Source: an uncultured Verrucomicrobiae bacterium (GTDB lineage Bacteria; Verrucomicrobiota; Verrucomicrobiia; Limisphaerales; UBA11358). From it: a stretch of DNA of 64,000 nucleotides. Numbering within the stretch: the stretch's first letter is position 1; each line of letters starts with the position of its first letter. The stretch spans positions 304,563 to 368,562 of the forward strand of contig CAWBJE010000002.1 in NCBI GenBank assembly GCA_963789055.1. The letters run 5' to 3'. Made by a program: the position numbers and the translations under genes. Below the pieces are notes generated by a model. That model was not told the DNA's origin and did no database searches. It was given only the letters and a program-made list of their open reading frames with translations. Of the stretch, positions 10,728 to 19,684 are shown one piece after another.

Positions 10728-11790
10728 TCAAAAACGCAATTTGAGCAGGCTTACTTCCAATGCCAGTGCTTCCTGCACGTTGGTGTGCAACAGCCGCTGG
10801 GTTTGTTCCAAGGTTTGTAAATTTTCCAATGCCTCCTGTGGGGTAATGCGCCGGGCAACTGTTTCCGCACCGGCGATCTCAGGGAATTTCAGCAGTTTGC
10901 CACCGGCGGAGACAGTGCGCCCGTCCTCCGCAGCAGTGCTGCGGCGGAGGGTGGACAGCCACACGTCGCGCAGCCACCATTGCACAATCAAAAGCGTCTC
11001 TGCCCGCTGGCGGCGATATTCCGCTTCAATGGCTGCGGCCAGTTCGTCCTCCCATTTTTCGCGCAAATCCTTTTCGATTTCGTCGTATTGTTGCAGCGGT
11101 GAGCACGCCGTAAGCTTTTCTTCCACGCGTGCCCGAATTTCGCCAAGCCTTTGCAGCAACGCGTCAAGCAGCCGGTAACGCCCCAGCAGACTTTTTTGTT
11201 CATTGGCCGCCAGCGCGTCAAAATGCGCAAGCCATTCCTTTTGCGCCGGGTCCAGCGGGTGACCCTCTTCGCTGAAGAAATTCAGGCGCAGACAGCGCGA
11301 CAAGATGGTTTCTAAAATCCGCTGCGGTTCGGTCGAAAGCAAAATCAGAACCGACTCGGCCGGGCGGCTCTTCCAGTGTTTTCAGGAAAGCATTGGCGGC
11401 TTGAGCGTTGAGCCGGTCTGCTCCCGCGATGATGGCCACCTTGTATTCGGCCTCGGTGGGCTTGAGTTGGATTTCGCGCATCAACTCGCGCATTTGCTCG
11501 ACGGTGACGATGCGCGATTTGGATTCGGGTCGCGCCCAATGCACGTCGGCATGGGTATCGCGGTCAATCTTTTGGCAATTCAAACAGGTGTCGCAGCAAT
11601 CGGTTGCCACGTCGTCGGTTTTGACGGCGTTCCGGCAATTCAGCGTTTTGGCCAGCGTGCGGGCTAGCAATTCCAGCTCTTCGAGCTGATCGCCGGCGAA
11701 CAGGTAGGCATGGCCGAGCCGCCCGCGGGCGAGCGAACGCTGGAGCAATTCGACGCCTTGCGTCTGTCTGGCAAAATGTTTAAAGGCCAT
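10728..11790 (-). pseudogene. holB: DNA polymerase III delta-prime subunit, split into two frames by one frameshift near 11355-11367
   Basis: The N-terminal ORF has GHAYLFAGD...ANAFLKTLEEPPG. The family-typical continuation ESVLILLSTEPQRILETILSRC is in another frame starting within CCGCCCGGCCGAG. Confidence 0.85.
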
Positions 11791-11890
11791 GCGGTTTTAT
11801 GATGGAAGTCAGTGTGATTTGCCGGTTCAGTTGTCAAAGCCTGTCGGCGTAGAAATTGCGCTTTTCCCCGGCTTGCGGGCAAACAAAATT

Positions 11891-13224
11891 TTATTGGCCG
11901 TGGAGTTTTTTCCAATCGGCATATTGTTCGAGGCCCGTTGTGGGGAGTCGTTATACCACGAATAACCATTGCGGCGTTCTTTGGAAATTTCGTTCACGTC
12001 GTCGTGAATGCTCTTGTCCCGGTCGCCGAAAATCGGCCGGTCGGTGCCGATTTCATAATAGCGGGCCCAAATCGGCCCGTTGCCCGGCGCGGGAACAAGA
12101 TGCCGCCCTTGTCGCGGTCAAATCGAAAGCCACGTCGTAGATTTTGGTTTTTTCAAACCACGCGGCCGCGGCATTGACCGCCGCGACGATGTCCGGACCG
12201 GGATGGGGCTGTTCCATCAAAAACGTCATGAGATCCGCGCTTTCCGCTGCTGACCTGTGACGGCATCTCGTAATTGCGGGCCGAAGCGGGTTGCAGGGTC
12301 AGCGCGTCATGTTGCTGGCACCACACCGTGCGGCGGCCGTCCACAACAATCTGGGTGGCGAGCATGCACGCGATTCCGCGTTGGAGGCTGGCCGCTGCCC
12401 GTGTGCGGTATTTTTCCGGCACAAAGGCGAATTCGCTGTTCGTCCCGGAAACGTCGCGCAACAAGGTAAGCACGTTGAGCATGGCGTCGTCGTTGTAGGT
12501 GATGGCGTCGTGATAACCGCCTTGGAGCGGCCACACCTGGGGCCAGCCGCCGTTGGGATATTGCGCGGCAAAAATGTAATCCAAGCCGCGCAGAAATGCT
12601 GCGCGATAAGCGGAGAGGCTGATTGGTTCCGGCCGCGGTGATGACTTTCGCCAGGAAACGCAGTTCCGTGATCGTGGCATCATTGTCGAATGTGCCGACA
12701 TAATCCCAATGGGCATCCCGGGAAGGTCGAAATCAGCCTTGCCAAGGTACCGGGAGTTGTTGTTGGGGGCGAAGTATTCGCCCGGGGCGCGCGGATGTTG
12801 CGTCATGTTCAGATTTTTGCTCCAGCCGCCGGCAGGAGTTTGGAACGAGACGAATGATGTCTGCGATGCGCCTCGCCTCGCTTTCGCCATACCAAGCAGT
12901 CGGGTTGGTTCAACGGAATGCTTCCCACGGAACGGCCTGAAGGTGGAACCCTTGGCTGTTTGATCCCGTGCTTGCGCATTTCCGCCTGAAAAAATTCTGG
13001 TCAGCCTGCCACTGCCGGGTTGAACGTTTCAGATAATCCTTCCAGGCGGATTGTTGGGCGTGTGGCAGCGCTGCAATGCGTTCCGCAGTAAACGGCTGTG
13101 CCGGCAGATTGGTGCCGATGATTGCGGCTGACAAAGCTGGCGCGGAAACGAGGAGCAGACCGGTGCCGGCTGTAAAAAACCGGCGCAAACACAACTGAAA
13201 AGAGACACAAAGTGAACGACGCAT
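11891..13224 (-). pseudogene. Pectate lyase, PL10 (PelA/Pel-15E) family, broken by at least seven frameshifts
   Basis: A signal peptide (MRRSLCVSFQLCLRRFFTAGTGLLLVSAPALSA) is followed by family-like blocks spread over all three frames: VSFQTPAGGWSKN, VGTFDNDATITELRFLAKVI, YRAAFLRGLDYIFAAQYPNGGWPQ, ITYNDDAMLNVL, APGNGPIWARYYEIGTDRPIF and LEQYADWKKLHGQ-stop. Confidence 0.75.
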
Positions 13225-13402
13225 ATTTTTCAATTGTGACTGTTTGGCCGGGCTGCGCCAACAAAATCCCAATAAAACCATTCCTCGAGTTGGCATGATG
13301 CGCATAGAATGTGCCTTCGCGCATAAGTTGTCTCGTTTTAAATCCTCCAACTACCATCCAACAGTCAAAAAAAGATTAGAACAACGCAATTGGGGCCCTA
13401 AA

Positions 13403-14770
13403 TTACCGGCTCATTTTATAGGCCTTCATGATGGTGGCGTACTTGGTAATCATGTTCGGTACTTCCCAATCCGGCAAACGCCCGGCGCGAAGGTATTTCA
13501 AATAGTTGTCGGTGACTTGCGCGAAATGCGCCTCGTGACCGACATCGTATTGATCCGGCACGGTTACCTGCCACATCTTCCCATCACGTCGAAAACCAAC
13601 ACCGGGATATTTTCCCTGCAAGTTTTGGATGGCAGCTTTGAGCGCCGTTTCAAATGCCGCATCTTCAACATTGCCAATTTTTTCGACGTAAAGGACCGAC
13701 TTGAATTTTTGGTCGGCGCCCTGCCGGATGACGAGATTCGCCTTCGTTCCGCGCATCAGGGAATAGTGCATGTCGCCCGCGCCCGGTGGCGCTTCATAAT
13801 TCCAGGTTACAGACACCTTCGCGTAAACGCCGCGCAGCCGGCAGGTAAATTCACCGTTGGCATAGACCTGAAGCACGCCGTCCTTCACGTCGCTTTTAAG
13901 AAAGTCCGGGAAATTGTCCACACCGGTCACGCGTTTGAATTGCTCGCGCGTAATGGGCGTGGCCCAGCGACGGGCGCTCAACACGCTGACATCCGCCGGA
14001 CTTAACGACTGTTCCGGAAACACTTCCCATTGGATCAAGTCCACCAAATGGGTCGAAACATCCACAATTCCCTCACCCTGCTGGCGCACGTCGAAGTACC
14101 AAGTCGGTCGCTTGAGTGGTGTTTCGGCGACGAACTTGGAAAAGTGGTGAACACTTTCCTTGGTGATAGCGGGTTCATTGGGCGAGCCATTCACCAGTTC
14201 GCCAAACAACCTCGTTTGTTGTGATAGTTCCCGTTGCAGCGCCGTGGTGATTTCATAGCGTTCAGTCATGATGTCGTACAGGAGAACGTGGTTGGAGGCG
14301 GCCACGGTGAACGCCTGTTGTAATTGCAAAAAATTGTCTGGGGTAATGGCCATCGGCTTGTCGGCCAGGACGTTCAACCCCGCTTGAACGGAACGCAAAA
14401 TGTATTCCGTCTTGTTCGTATTGTTGCCGGCAATCACGACGACGTTGCCGGCCTTTTCGCTTAACATTTTCCCCAGGAAGTCCGGGCCGATGTAAACCTT
14501 CTCGCGCCAATGCGTCGGCTGGTCAGCCCGCGCGTTGAAGTGCTCGATCCGCTTCAGATGTTCATCCAGATCATTGTTGCCGGGTGCATAGACATACACG
14601 AGCGAGTCCACGTCCGGGTACATGAACTTCTGCACCAGTGCCGCGGTAAAGTGTCCCGGGTCGAGCGTGATTAACCGGAAGCGGGCAGGCTCGTCTTTAG
14701 ATTCGGCCATTACGAGATTTCCATTCATGGTTCCCCCACATATCAGCATTAGTGCTAGAAGGCGATTCAT
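13403..14770 (-). CDS. Secreted Gfo/Idh/MocA-like oxidoreductase (putative oxidoreductase C-terminal domain type)
   Basis: The start was moved to ATG 14770 (MNRLLALMLICGGTMNGNLVMA, signal-like). A Rossmann-like N-terminus is present: RLITLDPGHFTAALVQK...VVVIAGNNTNKTEYILRSVQAGLNVLADKPM. Confidence 0.7.
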   Translation of the reverse strand: MNRLLALMLICGGTMNGNLVMAESKDEPARFRLITLDPGHFTAALVQKFMYPDVDSLVYVYAPGNNDLDEHLKRIEHFNARADQPTHWREKVYIGPDFLGKMLSEKAGNVVVIAGNNTNKTEYILRSVQAGLNVLADKPMAITPDNFLQLQQAFTVAASNHVLLYDIMTERYEITTALQRELSQQTRLFGELVNGSPNEPAITKESVHHFSKFVAETPLKRPTWYFDVRQQGEGIVDVSTHLVDLIQWEVFPEQSLSPADVSVLSARRWATPITREQFKRVTGVDNFPDFLKSDVKDGVLQVYANGEFTCRLRGVYAKVSVTWNYEAPPGAGDMHYSLMRGTKANLVIRQGADQKFKSVLYVEKIGNVEDAAFETALKAAIQNLQGKYPGVGFRRDGKMWQVTVPDQYDVGHEAHFAQVTDNYLKYLRAGRLPDWEVPNMITKYATIMKAYKMSR

Positions 14771-14984
14771 ATTCAGTTTCCTGCAAATCGGGTTGTTCGT
14801 GCAAGATCCGCCAACCGATTGCAAAATGGCTGGTTGCTGCTTTGACGGATAGCCAACGTTAACGGTTTTAATGCACCCGACGGATACCAAGAACATATCT
14901 CGTCTGCCAGCCGACATTCAAGCCGGCAAACATTACTGCCCCAGAATACCAGACAATGCTCCTTACAAACAAAAAATCACAAAT

Positions 14985-15071
14985 TGGTGCCGACGGAGGG
15001 GGTCGAACCCACACACTCTCACGAGTACCAGATTTTGAGTCTGGCGCGTCTGCCAGTTCCGCCACGTCGGC
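14985..15071 (-). tRNA. tRNA-Leu (anticodon CAA) with encoded CCA
   Basis: The reverse complement is GCCGACGTGGCGGAACTGGCAGACGCGCCAGACTCAAAATCTGGTACTCGTGAGAGTGTGTGGGTTCGACCCCCTCCGTCGGCACCA. The acceptor stem is GCCGACG/CGTCGGC, the anticodon stem is CCAGA/TCTGG with loop CTCAAAA, and there is a long variable arm. Confidence 0.88.
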
Positions 15072-15082
15072 AACAGTTCGTC

Positions 15083-15110
15083 AATATATTTTGTCGGGCG
15101 GCGAAGTAAA
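15083..15110 (-). promoter_or_regulatory. Candidate sigma70-type promoter for tRNA-Leu
   Basis: On the minus strand, TTTACT - 16 nt - TATATT ends 11 nt before the mature tRNA 5' end. Confidence 0.35.
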
Positions 15111-15140
15111 TAAGTTTCCATACGTAACCGCGCCGGCGAA

Positions 15141-16572
15141 TTGACTCAAAAAGATTGTTACCCAGGGGGAGGTGAAATGGTTTGAGAAAACCATACGTTG
15201 ACTCAAAAAGGGTGTTACCGAGCTATGGAACCCAAAATGAGTCAAATCACACGAACCGAAGTGCTGGCCGCCAAGCGTGATCGTTACGCCCGGGCCGGCA
15301 AGGAACACAAAACTAAAATCATCAACGAACTGGTCGATCTCTTCAGCTACCACCGCAAGGCGGCCATCCGAGCGCTGCAATCACGGCCCATCATCGCTGC
15401 GCCGTTTGTCCTGGGTCGGCCCAAGGAATACGATCCGGATCAATTGCGCCCGCCGCTCAAAGCCATTTGGCTGGCCGCGTTGCAACCCTGCGGGGTGCGG
15501 CTCAAGGCGTGCCTGCCCGACTGGCTGCCCGCTTACGAGGAGGATCATCGCCCTCTGAACGCCGACGTGCGCAAAGCGTTGCTCCAAGCCAGCCGCGCTA
15601 CGCTGGACCGGCTGCTGATCCCGGCGCGAATCGAACACCGGCGGCGGGCCACCACGCGTCCGGGCACACTCTTGCGCCACCAGATTCCCCTCCGCACCGA
15701 GTGGGCGGAGAACCAGGCGGGCTTTCTGGAAATGGACACGGTGGCGTTGGGCGGCGGCACGCTGGATGACCGGCACGGCTGGATGTTCGACGCGGTGGAC
15801 ATTCACACCACCTGGAACGAAATGCGCGCCCTGCCCAACCGCAGCGAAGCCGCGACGTTATTGCAGATTCGGGATGTCGAGGCGAGCCTGCCCTTCCCGT
15901 TGCGCGGGCTGGACAGCGACAACGGCGGCGAGTTCATCAACCATCATCTGGTCCAACATCTGCACGGGCGCCAAAAGCCCGTGGCCTTTACCCGCTCGCG
16001 ACCCGATCGCAAGAACGACCAGGCACACATCGAGCAGAAGAACTACACGCAGGTGCGTTTGTGGTTCGGGTATGAACGCTACGACAACCCGGCGGTGGTG
16101 CCGCTGATCAACGCGTTGTGCAAAGGCCCGTTGAACCAGTTGCTCAATTATTTCCTGCCCACGATGAAGCTCAAGAGCAAAGAGCGCGTGGGCAGCAAAG
16201 TGGTGCGGAAGTATGGCCCGACGCTGACGCCCTTGAGCCGGGTGCTGGCCTGCCCGGAAGTCACCGCCGAAACCAAACAACGCCTGCGCGCTCAAAAGCA
16301 AACCCTCAATCCGTTCGCCTTGACGCGCGAAGTGGAGCGGCAGATGAAAGTGATTGAACAGAACCGGCGGCCAACGGAAGCTTGACGGGAGCGCCGAAGT
16401 GGATAAAAAGAAGCCTCCCAAGAAACGGGAACGAGGGACGCCGGACTGCCACCGTGCCCCGGCTTCCTTCGGTTCCATTTTTAAGGGACTTTGGGTAACA
16501 CCACTTTTGAGTCAACCGGAGCACTTTCCGGCCTCTCCTTGGGTAACACCCACTTTTGAGTTACGGCGCCGG
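15141..16572 (+). mobile_element. Insertion sequence with doubled subterminal inverted repeats and one rve-type transposase gene
   Basis: Left copies are TTGACTCAAAAAGATTGTTACCCAGG (15141-15166) and TTGACTCAAAAAGGGTGTTACCG (15198-15220). Right copies, in inverted orientation, are TTGGGTAACACCACTTTTGAGTCAA (16501-16525) and TTGGGTAACACCCACTTTTGAGTTA (16549-16572). The flanks GCGCCGGCGAA (15130-15140) and GCGCCGGGAA (16576-16585) may be an imperfect target duplication. Confidence 0.75.
15225..16385 (+). CDS. DDE transposase / integrase core (rve) domain protein
   Basis: Catalytic-core-like pattern FLEMDTVALGG ... FDAVDIHTTW ... LDSDNGGEFINHH ... NDQAHIEQKNYTQVR. It lies between the inverted repeats. 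The ATG at 15225 was chosen over the upstream non-ATG start. Confidence 0.8.
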   Translation: MEPKMSQITRTEVLAAKRDRYARAGKEHKTKIINELVDLFSYHRKAAIRALQSRPIIAAPFVLGRPKEYDPDQLRPPLKAIWLAALQPCGVRLKACLPDWLPAYEEDHRPLNADVRKALLQASRATLDRLLIPARIEHRRRATTRPGTLLRHQIPLRTEWAENQAGFLEMDTVALGGGTLDDRHGWMFDAVDIHTTWNEMRALPNRSEAATLLQIRDVEASLPFPLRGLDSDNGGEFINHHLVQHLHGRQKPVAFTRSRPDRKNDQAHIEQKNYTQVRLWFGYERYDNPAVVPLINALCKGPLNQLLNYFLPTMKLKSKERVGSKVVRKYGPTLTPLSRVLACPEVTAETKQRLRAQKQTLNPFALTREVERQMKVIEQNRRPTEA

Positions 16573-16777
16573 GAAGCAATTCGGTGTTGCCACTGGCCCT
16601 CCTTGCGCGGACAGAAACGGCTAAGGGAATTCAGGCGTAAAACAAGTTTGTTATCGCCCACCTTCTTGCACTGGGAATGCGAGCTGTAAACCAGTCGCAG
16701 GGTTGCTACGTTATGTTTATGGCCTGTTTACAGCGATAATACTGTATTAGATACGTCCTTTTCGCCACTGTTTTGGG

Positions 16778-16814
16778 GCAATTCGCCCCCGAATGCAGCC
16801 GTTTCGTCCCTAAT
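16778..16814 (+). promoter_or_regulatory. Copy D of the conserved 37-nt intergenic motif
   Basis: gcaattcgcccccgaatgcagccgtttcgtccctaat is 25/37 identical to copy A at fixed spacing. It ends 156 nt before ATG 16971. Confidence 0.4.
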
Positions 16815-16970
16815 GTATCAATTTTTATACAGTTCCGCATAATACTTCACGATGATTAATCATAAGGCGAATTGGTGTCTGCCTGTTAAATGCGATTTTC
16901 GCTCGCCCCAAACTTGAGGCGTTGTCGTTTTCCGGCGGGCACCGGGCACACGTAAACAGAAAGTGGAATT

Positions 16971-19637
16971 ATGAACATTTTGACATCCGTAAAACGACTC
17001 GTCCTCATGGCCGGACTCCTTCTGACCGCGTATGGCTCTGCCTTCGCGACCATTACCCTGACCGGGGCGTCCGGGGGCAGCAACATTTCGGCGGACACTG
17101 CTTCCAATGCACCGGCGCCGGCATGGACGACACTCGGCGCGATTACCATCACCGAAGGCGCAAGCACCGATTTTACCAACGGCACCGGAGTGACATTAGT
17201 CCTCCGGGTTCCTGCCGGTTTTCAGTTCAACACTGTGGTAACTCCCAATATTACGTTTACTGGGACCAAGAACATACAAAGCGCGTCTGTAGCTATGACG
17301 GATTCGTCGAACATCACGGTTACGCTCACCGTTTCCGGCACGGCGGTTTCCGGTGACTCGCTCACGATTGGCAGTACAACGGGAATCCAAGTGCGTCCAA
17401 CGGCAAGCACACCGCTCGCCACTGGCAACCATATTTATCGTCCTAGCGGCACCGCCGGCGGGACCGCCGGCATTCGGGGCATCACCAACTCCGTTGACGG
17501 TTCCACGGGCAGCAATTTCGGTACGTTGACCGAAGTTCCGGGCACACCGTCAACTGCCATGCCTTCACAAACGCAGATAATGAGCAACATGGTGCTGGCG
17601 AACAACTATTTTACCAACGAATGGCCCACCGCCGGCTGTAGCAGTTGCTTGTACGGCAGCCATCCCAGCAGCATCTGGACCCGGGCGACCTATTTTGAAG
17701 GCTCATTGGCGATGTGGCGGGTCAATCATGACCCGGCCATCACCAATTACGCCACCCAATGGGGAACCTTCCACAACTGGACCATCCGCGGCGGGGGCAC
17801 GGACACCAGCGCGGACGACCAGTGTGCCGGCTCGGAATTCATCGAACTTTACCAGCTTGCTCCTGCACTAACCAACCGGATTACCAACATCGTCGCCAAC
17901 CTCAACTACTGGATGTTTACCGACAGCACTACGACAAATTGGTGGTGGTATATTGACGGCATTCACATGTCAATGCCGGCCTTTGCCAAGATGGCCGCGA
18001 TGGGCGATTGGAACGCCAATTATGCGAACACCAATTATGCCTACAAAATGAATTTGTATTTCAATTATACCAAGAGCCTATTGCCCCCCTCCAACGGCCT
18101 TTATAATCTCACCGACCATTTGTGGTGCCGGGACTCCAATTACCTGGCCAACTACAAGGCGTCGGACGGCACCACCCAGAAATGTTACTGGTCGCGCGGC
18201 AACGGTTGGGTGTTCGCGGGGCTGGTCAGAACGCTGGATGCGCTTTCCACCAACGACGCCTATTTCACCAACAACTTGCAATCTTATTTCACCAACTACC
18301 TGCAAACTTTCCGGGAAATGGCCGCCGCGATCAAGCCGGTTCAGCGTTCCGACGGTTTCTGGAACATGAATCTTGCCTACACCAACGATTATCCCGGCCC
18401 TGAATCCAGCGGCACGGCCATGTTCACTTACGGTCTGGCCTGGGGCATACACCACGGCTATCTTGACGCGCCCACTTATCTGCCGACGGTCATCAAAGGC
18501 TGGAATGCCCTGACCACCTTCGCGTTGCACCCTACTTCCACCACCAACGCGGGTTTCATTGGATTTGTGCAAAGCTCCGGTTCGTCCCCGACCAACAACC
18601 CGCCCATCACGTACACCGCCCAGCCTGACTTCGATGACTTTACTCTGGGCGCACTCTTGCTTGCGGGAAGCGAAATTTATCAACTGACCAATCTTAGTCA
18701 GACCATCACTTTCAGCTCCATTGCCAACCATACTTACGGGGATGCACCTATTACATTAAACGCCTCGGCTTCGTCAGGTTTGTCGGTGAGCTTCTCCGTC
18801 CTCTCCGGTCCGGCTTCCATCACCGGAAACACCCTGACAATCACTGGTGCGGGAACTGTCACCGTTCAGGCTTCTCAATCTGGCAATACAACCTACGCCG
18901 CAACCAATGTGGACCAGTCATTGACGGTCAATCCGGCTGCGCTGGCGGTCAGTGCGAATCCCACAAACAAGATGTATGGCAATGTCGACCCGCCCCTGAC
19001 CTGGCAGTTGACCAGCGGTTCGTTGATATCTGGCGACAGCTTTACCGGTGGGTTGGCCCGGTTGTCGGGCGAAAACGCTGGAACGTATGCCATCCTGCAA
19101 GGCACACTCACGGCTGGAGTGAATTACGATTTGAATTACAACGGAGCTGACCTGACCATCAGCCAGAAATTGCTGACGGTGACGGCAGACAACAAAAGCA
19201 AGACCGAGGGGTTGGCGAACCCGGTGTTGACAGCCGGTTACAATGGCTTTGTTAACGACGAGAACACCAACGTTTTCACGACGCAGGTAACTTTGAGTAC
19301 GACAGCCGATGTCAACAGCCCGGCTGGCACCACTTGGCCGATTGCGGCCAGCGGAGCTACGGCAGTCAACTACAGTTTCAATTGTGTTCCGGGCATATTG
19401 ACAGTGTTGGCGAAGCCGGATCTGGCCGGCATTAGTGCAAGCGTGGATCAATACACTCTGACGTGGCCGACCATTCCGGGACAGAATTATCAGGTTGAAT
19501 ACAAGGATAATCTCGACGACCCGGCCTGGACTCCGATGGGAGTTCCGGTTCCTGGCACGGGGGATTTGTTAAATTTCGACGACGACAACAACAACCAGCC
19601 GCACCGGTTTTATAGATTGATGATCACCCAGCCTTGA
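16971..19637 (+). CDS. Secreted GH105/GH88-type unsaturated (rhamno)galacturonyl hydrolase fused to MBG-domain repeats and a C-terminal ~70-aa module
   Basis: Signal peptide MNILTSVKRLVLMAGLLLTAYGSAFA. Hydrolase blocks WWWYIDGIHMSMPAFAKMA, CYWSRGNGWVFAGLVRTL and SSGTAMFTYGLAWG. MBG-like repeats follow (YGDAPITLNA..., KMYGNVDPPLTW..., LTVTADNKSKTEGLANPVLTAGYNGFV...). Confidence 0.85.
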   Translation: MNILTSVKRLVLMAGLLLTAYGSAFATITLTGASGGSNISADTASNAPAPAWTTLGAITITEGASTDFTNGTGVTLVLRVPAGFQFNTVVTPNITFTGTKNIQSASVAMTDSSNITVTLTVSGTAVSGDSLTIGSTTGIQVRPTASTPLATGNHIYRPSGTAGGTAGIRGITNSVDGSTGSNFGTLTEVPGTPSTAMPSQTQIMSNMVLANNYFTNEWPTAGCSSCLYGSHPSSIWTRATYFEGSLAMWRVNHDPAITNYATQWGTFHNWTIRGGGTDTSADDQCAGSEFIELYQLAPALTNRITNIVANLNYWMFTDSTTTNWWWYIDGIHMSMPAFAKMAAMGDWNANYANTNYAYKMNLYFNYTKSLLPPSNGLYNLTDHLWCRDSNYLANYKASDGTTQKCYWSRGNGWVFAGLVRTLDALSTNDAYFTNNLQSYFTNYLQTFREMAAAIKPVQRSDGFWNMNLAYTNDYPGPESSGTAMFTYGLAWGIHHGYLDAPTYLPTVIKGWNALTTFALHPTSTTNAGFIGFVQSSGSSPTNNPPITYTAQPDFDDFTLGALLLAGSEIYQLTNLSQTITFSSIANHTYGDAPITLNASASSGLSVSFSVLSGPASITGNTLTITGAGTVTVQASQSGNTTYAATNVDQSLTVNPAALAVSANPTNKMYGNVDPPLTWQLTSGSLISGDSFTGGLARLSGENAGTYAILQGTLTAGVNYDLNYNGADLTISQKLLTVTADNKSKTEGLANPVLTAGYNGFVNDENTNVFTTQVTLSTTADVNSPAGTTWPIAASGATAVNYSFNCVPGILTVLAKPDLAGISASVDQYTLTWPTIPGQNYQVEYKDNLDDPAWTPMGVPVPGTGDLLNFDDDNNNQPHRFYRLMITQP

Positions 19638-19684
19638 GCAGGCCCACCGGGTGCAGGTGAATCTGGCAAATCAAAATTTGCTGT

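Noticed and set aside
11355-11367. holB break considered as a programmed ribosomal frameshift, by analogy with dnaX
   Set aside because: There is no slippery heptamer (A AAA AAG type) or downstream stimulatory structure at the site. No such recoding is known for holB, and the neighbouring gene is riddled with indels.
14771-14917. N-terminal 49-codon extension of the oxidoreductase ORF
   Set aside because: The internal ATG at 14770 gives a proper signal peptide, and the extension has no coding character.
14985-16572. tRNA-Leu-linked integrative island
   Set aside because: The adjacent enzyme is a DDE transposase with inverted repeats, not a tyrosine integrase. It lies on the 5' (promoter) side of the tRNA. 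I found no direct repeat of the tRNA 3' end in the window.
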